Assembly (NCBI RefSeq): GCF_000179635.2
Contig: NC_014833.1
Span: forward strand, 1,020,001 to 1,052,000
Direction: 5' to 3'
From: Ruminococcus albus 7 = DSM 20455
GTDB lineage: Bacteria; Bacillota; Clostridia; Oscillospirales; Ruminococcaceae
Length of the DNA: 32,000 bases
Shown: in pieces, positions 25,011-32,000 of the stretch
Layout: each line of letters starts with the position of its first letter
Position numbering within the stretch: position 1 is the stretch's first letter
Translations under genes and position numbers: made by a program
The notes under the pieces: model-generated
Database searches by the model: none
Told to the model about the DNA's origin: nothing
The model's input: only the letters and a program-made list of their open reading frames with translations

Positions 25011-25179
25011 GTAAAAAATATAGCAAATAGAAGTATCCTGCTGATGATAAGGCTCTGCAGTGTAAACAGATAGCTGAACAGGAGCCGTGAACATCGACAG
25101 AAACAAGGGTAAAATGCACAGGTACTGAAAACGGTATATGTGCAGCGTAACGAAAGTTCACGTAAGGAGGAACATCTAA

Positions 25180-27708
25180 ATGACAGAAAATATTACTTGG
25201 AAGAGAGTTACTGCAGGCCTTATGGCACTGGTACTTGCTGCAGGTGCAGTACCTACCGGTCTGGGCGGAGCATTTAAAGACAGGATAGCTGTTGTCGCTT
25301 CCGCTGAGGCAGAAACTGATACTGTCAAGGATACTGTAAAAGAAGAGACAAAAGAAGAAACTGAGATATGGAAGGGAAAAGGCAAGGGCACAAAGACTGC
25401 ACCCTATCTTATATCTTCTGCTGATGAATGGAAACAGCTTGCCGTACTGGTAAACAAGGGCGAAAGTTTCAGCGGTAAGTATTTCAAACTTACAAAGGAT
25501 ATAACAGTTACTGAGATGATAGGCAAGAACGAGCATCCCAACGAGACCGTGAGCCGTCCTTTCTCAGGTATATTTGACGGCAACGGCCGTACTCTTACTG
25601 TTAAGATAGATGAATCTGAAAAGGATGATAAGACCCACGGCGCTGCACCTTTCTGCGGTGTCAAGGATGCTGTTATAAAGAACCTTGTTGTAAAGAGCAG
25701 CATCTACAGCGGCATACATTCTGCAGGTCTTGTAGGTGTATCACTGGGTACTCTTGAGATAAACAATGTACTGGTAGAAGCTGATATCAGCGGTGACACC
25801 CATAACGGCGGACTGGTAGGTCACAGCTTCAATACTGTGATGAAGATAACAAACTGCGGCTTTACCGGAAGAGTGAAGGCATCAGATGTTGCCTGTGCAC
25901 TTGTTGGCTGGTGCGGTCCCGATGCGAATATAACTGTATCTAACTGCCTGATAAACGGCACTATCGCTGATGCAGGCACTGTAAATAATATTGCTGAAGG
26001 TATGGGCGGTGTTGTTACAATAAAGAATGTTTATTCCACACTTGAAGATAAGGGTAATAACTCGATGACTGTAAAGGGCAGTGTTACACCTGTTTCTGAG
26101 ATAAAAGCACCTGAGGCTGTGGAAGAAGAACTTGTATACGACGGTGAGGAGCATGAGCTGATAACCGAAGGCTCTGTAAAGGGTGCGAAGATGGTCTACT
26201 CTCTTACTGTTGACGGAAAGTATACAACTGATATACCAAAGGTTACCAATGCAGGCGAGTACAAGGTATGGTACAAGCTTGAAGGCATGGGCAACTGCAC
26301 AGCGAAGTTTGTAAAGGTAAATGTTGCTAAGGCAGATATAGAGCCTTCTGTATCCGTTGCAAACTGGGCATACGGCGATGAGGCGAGTGTTCCTGCTGTT
26401 GAAGGCAACACCGGCGAAGGCGAAGTTACCTTTGAATACAAGGTGAAGGGTGCTGACGACGAGACCTATACCGATAAAGTTCCGACAGAGGTCGGTGAGT
26501 ACACTGTAAAGGCTACTGTTGCTGAAACTGAGAACTACAACGGCGATGAAGCTTTTGCTGATTTTGCTGTTGAGATAAAGTATACCAGACACGAGGCAAA
26601 GCCTTCATCCTGCAACACTATAGGCAACACCGAGTACTATGAGGGTTCTGACGGAAAATACTATGTGCTTGAAAATACACTTTACGGCGGATACAAGGAG
26701 ATCGAGAAGGATTCCTGGATAATACCCGCAACACATCATCATTACGAAGGTGCTCCCGAGTGGAAGTGGACTGATGATTACAGCACTGCAACAGCAGAGT
26801 TCAACTGCGTTAACGGCGATGCTACCGAGAAGGTAAAGGCTGAGGTAACATCCGATGTCAAGAAGCCTACCTGCACTGAAAAGGGCAAGGCTGTATATAC
26901 TGCCAAGGTTACATTTGAGGGCGAGGAATATACTGATACCAAGACCGAGGTGCTTGAAGCTACCGGTCATTCCTATGGTGAGCCTGTATGGACATGGGAT
27001 AAGAACAATGCAAGTGTAAAGATAGTATGCAGCGAGTGCGGCGATGAGCTTTCAGCTGATGCTAAGATAACTGTTAAGGTGATAAATCCGACTTTTGAAG
27101 CAGACGGTGAGATAGTATACACTGCTGCTGCAACTATTGACGGCAAGGAATATACCGATAAAAAGGTAGTATACACTTCTAAGCTTTCTTCGGATACTAC
27201 ACTTTCCTACGTTCCCGGAAACGGTTCGGTATCCCTGTCATGGACAGCGGTAGATAATGCTGAGAAGTACGCTGTATGCTCTTTTGTAGGCGGCAAGTGG
27301 CGTAAATTTGCTGAGGTAGAGGGTACATCCTACGAGGTCAAGGGTCTTAAGAAGGGTGTAAACTACAAGACCGCAGTACTGGTTTATGCAAACGGCAAAT
27401 GGAGCAGCGATTTTTCAAATGCTATTGGTGTAACACCAAAGTCTGATTTCCCTGTTGCTGATGTTGAAGTATCCGGCAAGAGATTCAAGCTCAGCTGGTC
27501 AACTGTTGAAGGCGCTGACAGATACGGCATAGGCATCTACAAGGATGGCGAATGGGAGCTTCTTGCAAGAGAAGACGGAGATGTTAACAGTGTTATATCA
27601 CCTGAATTTGAAGACGGTACATACAGGATAGCTGTATTTGCAAGAGTGAACGGCGAATGGGATATGAGAAATATTGATTCAAGAGCATTCGATGTTACTA
27701 TAGAATAA
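25180..27708 (+). CDS. Large secreted surface protein: GLUG-motif beta-helix-like region, Ig-like YDG repeats, two Cys-containing modules and two C-terminal Fn3-like modules
   Basis: Signal peptide present. FSGIFDGNGRTL and HNGGLVGHS are GLUG-type motifs. YDGEEHEL...NAGEYKV is an adhesin-type repeat. H-x-Y..P.W.W modules are at 26734-27177. The tandem recurrent modules are at about 27190-27705. AAGGAGGA RBS. Confidence 0.88.
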   Translation: MTENITWKRVTAGLMALVLAAGAVPTGLGGAFKDRIAVVASAEAETDTVKDTVKEETKEETEIWKGKGKGTKTAPYLISSADEWKQLAVLVNKGESFSGKYFKLTKDITVTEMIGKNEHPNETVSRPFSGIFDGNGRTLTVKIDESEKDDKTHGAAPFCGVKDAVIKNLVVKSSIYSGIHSAGLVGVSLGTLEINNVLVEADISGDTHNGGLVGHSFNTVMKITNCGFTGRVKASDVACALVGWCGPDANITVSNCLINGTIADAGTVNNIAEGMGGVVTIKNVYSTLEDKGNNSMTVKGSVTPVSEIKAPEAVEEELVYDGEEHELITEGSVKGAKMVYSLTVDGKYTTDIPKVTNAGEYKVWYKLEGMGNCTAKFVKVNVAKADIEPSVSVANWAYGDEASVPAVEGNTGEGEVTFEYKVKGADDETYTDKVPTEVGEYTVKATVAETENYNGDEAFADFAVEIKYTRHEAKPSSCNTIGNTEYYEGSDGKYYVLENTLYGGYKEIEKDSWIIPATHHHYEGAPEWKWTDDYSTATAEFNCVNGDATEKVKAEVTSDVKKPTCTEKGKAVYTAKVTFEGEEYTDTKTEVLEATGHSYGEPVWTWDKNNASVKIVCSECGDELSADAKITVKVINPTFEADGEIVYTAAATIDGKEYTDKKVVYTSKLSSDTTLSYVPGNGSVSLSWTAVDNAEKYAVCSFVGGKWRKFAEVEGTSYEVKGLKKGVNYKTAVLVYANGKWSSDFSNAIGVTPKSDFPVADVEVSGKRFKLSWSTVEGADRYGIGIYKDGEWELLAREDGDVNSVISPEFEDGTYRIAVFARVNGEWDMRNIDSRAFDVTIE

Positions 27709-27764
27709 TGATATGATATCTGAGCGGACGGTACTTAAAGACTGCGCTGATATAGAAGTTTTAT

Positions 27765-27809
27765 GCCATAGTATTTCTGATATTCAGTCAGAAGTACTAT
27801 GGCGTTTCT
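27765..27809 (+). terminator. Terminator of the surface-protein gene
   Basis: 16-bp stem GCCATAGTATTTCTGA / TCAGAAGTACTATGGC (one G-U), loop TATTCAG, then GTTTCT. Confidence 0.7.
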
Positions 27810-27810
27810 A

Positions 27811-27839
27811 TTGACAGACATTCAATACTGTGCTATAAT
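27811..27839 (+). promoter_or_regulatory. SigA promoter of the GNAT gene
   Basis: TTGACA (27811-27816), 17 nt, TGC-TATAAT (TATAAT at 27834-27839). Confidence 0.75.
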
Positions 27840-27875
27840 TGCTACTAACAAAAATCGGAATTTGTGAGGACGGTT

Positions 27876-28304
27876 ATGAAAGTTTTGTTATGCGAGGATG
27901 CAGATTGGCTGCTGTCAGAAGAAGCGTTCTCGATCTATGCTTCCTGTATGTTTCAACCGACATACGAGGACTATAAAGCACAGATGGAAGACTGTTTGAC
28001 CGATTCATCGGTAAAAGTGTTTGTATGTGAACATCGAGACAAGAAAACAGGAATGATGGTTTTGAAACTGTCAGAAGCTGTTGCGGAGATTGTCGGAATA
28101 GCTGTATCTGATAATGCCCGCCGTAAGGGAATTGGAAAACAACTGATCCAACGAGTAATGGAATCGGAGAATATGGAAAGCATCAAAGCTCAAACAGATG
28201 ATGATTCGATCGGCTTCTACCGAAAATGCGGCTTTTCAGATGAGAGAATCGTCATTGAATACCCCGACGGGTCAGCGGTTCGATATAACTGCGTTCTGCG
28301 TTAA
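27876..28304 (+). CDS. GNAT-family N-acetyltransferase
   Basis: IVGIAVSDNARRKGIGKQLI is the acetyl-CoA-binding R/QxxGxG motif. The ATG at 27876 lies 5 nt after GAGGA. The track's GTG at 27864 overlaps the RBS. Confidence 0.82.
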   Translation: MKVLLCEDADWLLSEEAFSIYASCMFQPTYEDYKAQMEDCLTDSSVKVFVCEHRDKKTGMMVLKLSEAVAEIVGIAVSDNARRKGIGKQLIQRVMESENMESIKAQTDDDSIGFYRKCGFSDERIVIEYPDGSAVRYNCVLR

Positions 28305-28341
28305 TAGACAAATTCTGATTTAGCTTAGTAACAATAAGTAC

Positions 28342-28377
28342 TATGCCCCTGAGCACTTTGAAATGCTCAGGGGCATA
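28342..28377 (+). terminator. Hairpin after the GNAT gene
   Basis: TATGCCCCTGAGCA / TGCTCAGGGGCATA 14-bp perfect stem. The downstream T-tract is weak. Confidence 0.6.
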
Positions 28378-28456
28378 ACTTCTATATGAGTACCCGCCAT
28401 ATGTGCTGTCCGCTTTTTGTGATGCGGAGAAAATAACACTTTTATTTTTCTTTGTC

Positions 28457-28485
28457 TTTACTTTTGCCGAGATATGTGCTATAAT
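28457..28485 (+). promoter_or_regulatory. SigA promoter of the aminotransferase cluster
   Basis: TTTACT (28457-28462), 17 nt, TGC-TATAAT (TATAAT at 28480-28485). Confidence 0.65.
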
Positions 28486-28526
28486 ATATAAGTATAATTA
28501 TTTTTATTTGAAAGAGGTTTTTTATA

Positions 28527-29720
28527 ATGGATTACAGATTCTCTGAAAAAGTTTCACACATCAAGGCTTCAGCTATCAGGGAGATACTGAAGTTCACATC
28601 AGAACCGGGTGTTATCTCTTTTGCTGCCGGAAACCCTGCACCTGAGGCTTTCCCTGTTGACGAGATCACACGCATATCCAAGGAGATATTTGAAGAAGAT
28701 CCTATACTGGCTCTCCAGTACAGCATATCCGAAGGCTATACACCTCTGCGTGACCTGCTGAAAAAGGAACTGGAGAAAAAGGGTGAGTTCGTTCCCGGCA
28801 GAGATGAACTGATAATCGTCAGCGGTGCCCAGCAGGCTAATGCCATGATGGCTAAAGTGCTCTGCGACCCCGGTGATATCCTCTGCTGTGAAGCTCCCAG
28901 CTTCATAGGTTCACTGAATGCTTTCAAGTCATATAACGTTGATCTGAGAGGCATAACCCTGAAGGAAGACGGCATTGATCTGGATGAACTGGAAGAAGTT
29001 CTGAAGACAGGCAAGGTAAAGCTGATATACCTGATATGCAATTTCCAGAACCCAACAGGTCTGACTACTTCACTTGAAAAGAGAAAGGGCGCTTACGAGC
29101 TTGCAAAGAAGTACGGCGCTGTTATACTGGAGGACAATCCCTACGGTGACCTGAGATTCACAGGTGAGGATGTGCCTTCCATAAAGAGCATGGACAAGGA
29201 CGGAATAGTTGCTTATTCAAGAACATTCTCGAAGGTACTGGCACCCGGAATAAGAGTTGGCTACATCAGTGCACCCAAGGAGATCATCAACAAGATGGTC
29301 ATCTGCAAGCAGGTCGACGATGTTCATACCAATATCTGGGCACAGGTACTGGCTTACAAGTTCATGACACAGTGCGATATGAACAAGCATCTTGAAAAGC
29401 TGCGAGCTATATACCGTCACAAGTGCGGTCTGATGATCGAGCAGATAGAGAAGAACTTCTCATCGAAGATCAGCTTCACAAGACCCGAGGGCGGTCTCTT
29501 CGTATGGTGCACACTGCCTGATGACTGCGATATGACAGCTTTCTGCACAAGAGCAGTCAAGGAGTTCAAGGTAGCGGTAGTTCCCGGAAACGCATTCATG
29601 ATATCCGAGAGCGATCACACTACTTCATTCAGACTCAACTTCTCAACGCCTACCGATGAACAGCTTGTTGCTGGCTGCGAGATGCTGGGCAAGCTTTCAA
29701 AGGAAATGTTCGGTGAATAG
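28527..29720 (+). CDS. PLP-dependent aminotransferase, class I/II fold (AspC / 2-aminoadipate transaminase-like)
   Basis: SAIREILKF...ISFAAGNPAPEAFP at the N-terminus, EDNPYGDLRF, and YSRTFSKVLAPGIRVGY (PLP lysine context). Confidence 0.85.
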   Translation: MDYRFSEKVSHIKASAIREILKFTSEPGVISFAAGNPAPEAFPVDEITRISKEIFEEDPILALQYSISEGYTPLRDLLKKELEKKGEFVPGRDELIIVSGAQQANAMMAKVLCDPGDILCCEAPSFIGSLNAFKSYNVDLRGITLKEDGIDLDELEEVLKTGKVKLIYLICNFQNPTGLTTSLEKRKGAYELAKKYGAVILEDNPYGDLRFTGEDVPSIKSMDKDGIVAYSRTFSKVLAPGIRVGYISAPKEIINKMVICKQVDDVHTNIWAQVLAYKFMTQCDMNKHLEKLRAIYRHKCGLMIEQIEKNFSSKISFTRPEGGLFVWCTLPDDCDMTAFCTRAVKEFKVAVVPGNAFMISESDHTTSFRLNFSTPTDEQLVAGCEMLGKLSKEMFGE

Positions 29721-30342
29721 ACCTAAGCTCACGCTTACACCTGTTCAGCTGGGGCTTACCCTGCTGAACAGTGCAGGGCTGATATTCTGCGCGGCGGGAG
29801 ATATGTTCCTGCTGATGTTTGACCGCGGAACTGTAAAGCGGGGTACGGTGATATCAAATCTGGCGCTGGCAGTGCTTACGGGTATCATATGTGTAGTGCT
29901 TATGTTCAAGGCGGGGGATATTGACCTTTTCGACAAGGACGAGTACAGGGACAAGCAGCCTGCTGTAAGCGCGCTGCGGACGTACTTCTGTATGCTGACA
30001 CTGGATATAACCGTTGTGCTGATAATGATGCTGACGGGGGCAATGTTCTGGAACAGTGCGGGCAGGGCGATAGCCATAACCGCTCCGCTTTTGTTTCTGT
30101 TTTCAGGGACGGTATACTATCTCCGTACAAGAGAAATGGGCGGTGATGATATCGCCGATGACCCTGTGGATCCTGAAGACGACGAGAAAGCAGCGCTTAT
30201 GAAGGCGGCTGATGATATTATCGCGGAGGGAAAACGTCCCAGGACAGCTGAGGATATACTTGCGAAGGCTAAGGCTGAGATCGGTGCGGATGCAGCCGAA
30301 GACGATATGGAGAATGGAAATGGACATATTCAGGATAATTAA
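29713..30342 (+). CDS. Hypothetical membrane protein with four predicted TM segments and an acidic C-terminal tail
   Basis: The GTG at 29713 lies 6 nt after AAGGAAA and overlaps the upstream stop by 8 nt. The track start at 29656 would sit inside the aminotransferase gene. Four hydrophobic stretches are followed by a D/E-rich tail. Confidence 0.6.
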   Translation: MNRPKLTLTPVQLGLTLLNSAGLIFCAAGDMFLLMFDRGTVKRGTVISNLALAVLTGIICVVLMFKAGDIDLFDKDEYRDKQPAVSALRTYFCMLTLDITVVLIMMLTGAMFWNSAGRAIAITAPLLFLFSGTVYYLRTREMGGDDIADDPVDPEDDEKAALMKAADDIIAEGKRPRTAEDILAKAKAEIGADAAEDDMENGNGHIQDN

Positions 30343-31174
30343 GCAGGGGTTGGCGGTATCTGCGGCAGTGGTTATTGCTGCAGCAGTGAGCTCCTGTGCG
30401 GATAAAAGCAGATATAACAGCAAGGTGCATATAAATGAAGCACTGAGATACATGAACCAAAAATACCACGCAGAGTTCACTGTAGAGGAAGAAAATCCTG
30501 CGGCGGACAAGGACGATGAGGGATATGTTGATATCTATGTCAGCTGCAAGCAGCTGGGGGATATCAGGATAAGAGTCAGCAGCAGCGACGGCAAGACTTT
30601 TCTCGATGACCTTGTTCCCAAAAAGTATGAGCACCAGGCGCAGTCTGATATTCAGCTTGCGGCAAAGACAGCATTCACAGGCGATAAGCCGAAGGTGATG
30701 CTTTCGCTGAATGAAGAAAATGAAATGGCTGACAGGACGCTGCCTGCGGATACCACCTATGAGGACTTCATGCTTTCGGGGGCGCTGGGACTGGTTGAGG
30801 TATACACCGATGACAGTGATGCACCTCTGGAAGATTACAGGAAACTTGTAGATTTAATGGCTTCAAATAATATGAACTGTCTGCCGAGCGTGTATTATTT
30901 TACTGATAACAGCTACGAAAACATAACCAGAGATGCCCCTGCTAAGGTGTATGACGGAAATGATAAGAAGCTGGGCCATATCAGGATAAAAAACGATGCG
31001 TGTATACTGGACGAAGATTTTGACGGCGAACTGATGATAGATGATCTGTATGCGCTGGATACAGATGCGGTATATTTGCAGCTGTTCCCTGCAGATAACG
31101 AGGATACGGCTGCCTATGATGCCATGTTCGTGCCACATGAAAGCACATCCGGCAGTGAAAGCGGCAAGGAATAA
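30320..31174 (+). CDS. Hypothetical lipoprotein
   Basis: The ATG at 30320 lies 6 nt after GGAGA. The N-terminus MDIFRIIKQGLAVSAAVVIAAAVSS|C has a lipobox-like site. It overlaps the upstream gene by 23 nt. The track start at 30212 has no RBS. Confidence 0.65.
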   Translation: MDIFRIIKQGLAVSAAVVIAAAVSSCADKSRYNSKVHINEALRYMNQKYHAEFTVEEENPAADKDDEGYVDIYVSCKQLGDIRIRVSSSDGKTFLDDLVPKKYEHQAQSDIQLAAKTAFTGDKPKVMLSLNEENEMADRTLPADTTYEDFMLSGALGLVEVYTDDSDAPLEDYRKLVDLMASNNMNCLPSVYYFTDNSYENITRDAPAKVYDGNDKKLGHIRIKNDACILDEDFDGELMIDDLYALDTDAVYLQLFPADNEDTAAYDAMFVPHESTSGSESGKE

Positions 31175-31232
31175 CGGTATAGTATTACCGGAATGTCCGG
31201 TAAAAAATAGATTCATGAAACAGGAGATCATT

Positions 31233-32000
31233 ATGAGCGAATTGAATTTTTCTAAAGACAAGAAACTGATACTTAGCATGATACAGCCCACGGGTACTTT
31301 CACTCTGGGCAACTATCTGGGTGCGGTAAAGAACTGGGGACCTCTGCAGGAGGAGTTCAACTGTGTTTACGCAGTAGCCGATCTGCATTCCATCACAGTT
31401 ACACAGGAGCCCTCTGCGCTGAGAAAGAATTCTATGCAGGCTTATGCACTGCTGATGGCTTGCGGTATGGATCCCGAGAAGAGCGTTCTGTTTTTCCAGA
31501 GCCATAACTGCAACCACCCTGAGCTGAGCTGGGTACTGGGATGTTCGACACAGTTTGGTGAGCTTTCCAGAATGACACAGTTCAAGGACAAGAGTGCTAA
31601 GCACGCTGACAATATCAACGCAGGTCTGTTTACATACCCTGTACTTATGGCAGCTGACATACTGGCTTACAATGCTGACCTGGTACCTATAGGTGCAGAC
31701 CAGAAACAGCACCTGGAGCTGGCAAGAAATATCGCACAGAGATTCAATCAGCGTTACGGCGAGTTCTTCAACCTGCCCGAGCCTTATATACCAAAGATGG
31801 GTGCTAAGGTAATGAGCCTGCAGGATCCCACAAAGAAGATGTCCAAGTCGGACGAGAACCCCAATGCGTGCATATTCATACTGGACGACAAGGATACTAT
31901 CATAAGAAAATTCAAGAGGGCTGTGACCGACTCCGAGACCGAGGTAAGATTTGCTGAGGGCAAGGACGGCATCAATAACCTGATGACTATATACAGCGTA
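31233..32000 (+). CDS. trpS: Tryptophan--tRNA ligase, 5' part; continues past the window end
   Basis: Absent from the ORF track because no stop falls in the window. My translation gives MSELNFSKDKKLILSMIQPTGTFTLGNYLGA..., ADLHSIT, PIGADQKQHLELARNIAQRFN and KMSKS. GGAGA RBS 6 nt upstream. Confidence 0.9.
   Translation, partial: MSELNFSKDKKLILSMIQPTGTFTLGNYLGAVKNWGPLQEEFNCVYAVADLHSITVTQEPSALRKNSMQAYALLMACGMDPEKSVLFFQSHNCNHPELSWVLGCSTQFGELSRMTQFKDKSAKHADNINAGLFTYPVLMAADILAYNADLVPIGADQKQHLELARNIAQRFNQRYGEFFNLPEPYIPKMGAKVMSLQDPTKKMSKSDENPNACIFILDDKDTIIRKFKRAVTDSETEVRFAEGKDGINNLMTIYSV

Noticed and set aside
31175-31232. T-box riboswitch upstream of trpS
   Set aside because: The gap is only 58 nt. 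It has no specifier-loop or T-box sequence, only a short hairpin.
1-32000. Dockerin/cohesin (cellulosome) modules, transposases, integrases, phage genes, tRNA or rRNA genes
   Set aside because: None of the secreted proteins shows the duplicated DxNxDGxxxxxD dockerin loops. No ORF has transposase or integrase motifs, and no terminal inverted repeats or tRNA cloverleaf-like segments were noticed. This rests on reading by eye, so small or degenerate elements could have been missed.

Overview
This 32-kb chromosomal segment comes from a low-GC Gram-positive (Clostridia-type) plant-fibre degrader. Gene content and a recurring C-terminal module suggest a Ruminococcus albus-like organism, which is an inference. 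I call 22 intact or partial protein genes and one decayed gene. I saw no rRNA, tRNA, CRISPR array, transposase or integrase.

Gene content, left to right:
- The 3' end of a surface protein.
- A tightly coupled ThiF-like E1 / TtcA-family PP-loop thiolase / cysteine desulfurase operon.
- A secreted GH5 endoglucanase.
- A secreted BspA-type LRR protein (minus strand).
- A cytoplasmic GH10 xylanase with an AraC regulator (minus strand).
- A MATE efflux pump and a TipA-like MerR regulator behind a textbook 19-bp-spacer promoter.
- An M29 aminopeptidase plus a small coupled ORF (minus strand).
- An 820-nt non-coding island.
- An isochorismatase-family hydrolase.
- A serpin lipoprotein.
- A DXS-family gene (minus strand).
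- A GGDEF sensor gene carrying an in-frame TAG and a frameshift.
- A GH11-CBM22-Fn3-like-(NT)19-CE4 xylanase/esterase.
- An 842-aa GLUG/Ig-repeat surface protein.
- A GNAT acetyltransferase.
- An aminotransferase-membrane protein-lipoprotein-trpS cluster.

The most notable pattern is an Fn3-like module of about 90 aa (possibly CBM37) present in five secreted proteins, in two sub-types that track protein class. The sulfur-relay operon lacks a visible ubiquitin-like carrier. The structured non-coding island at 15.15-15.7 kb could not be assigned to any RNA family by eye. Many near-consensus SigA promoters (TTGACx-N17-TGnTATAAT) and hairpin terminators delimit the transcription units. All domain calls rest on motifs read from the translations; no database search was run.
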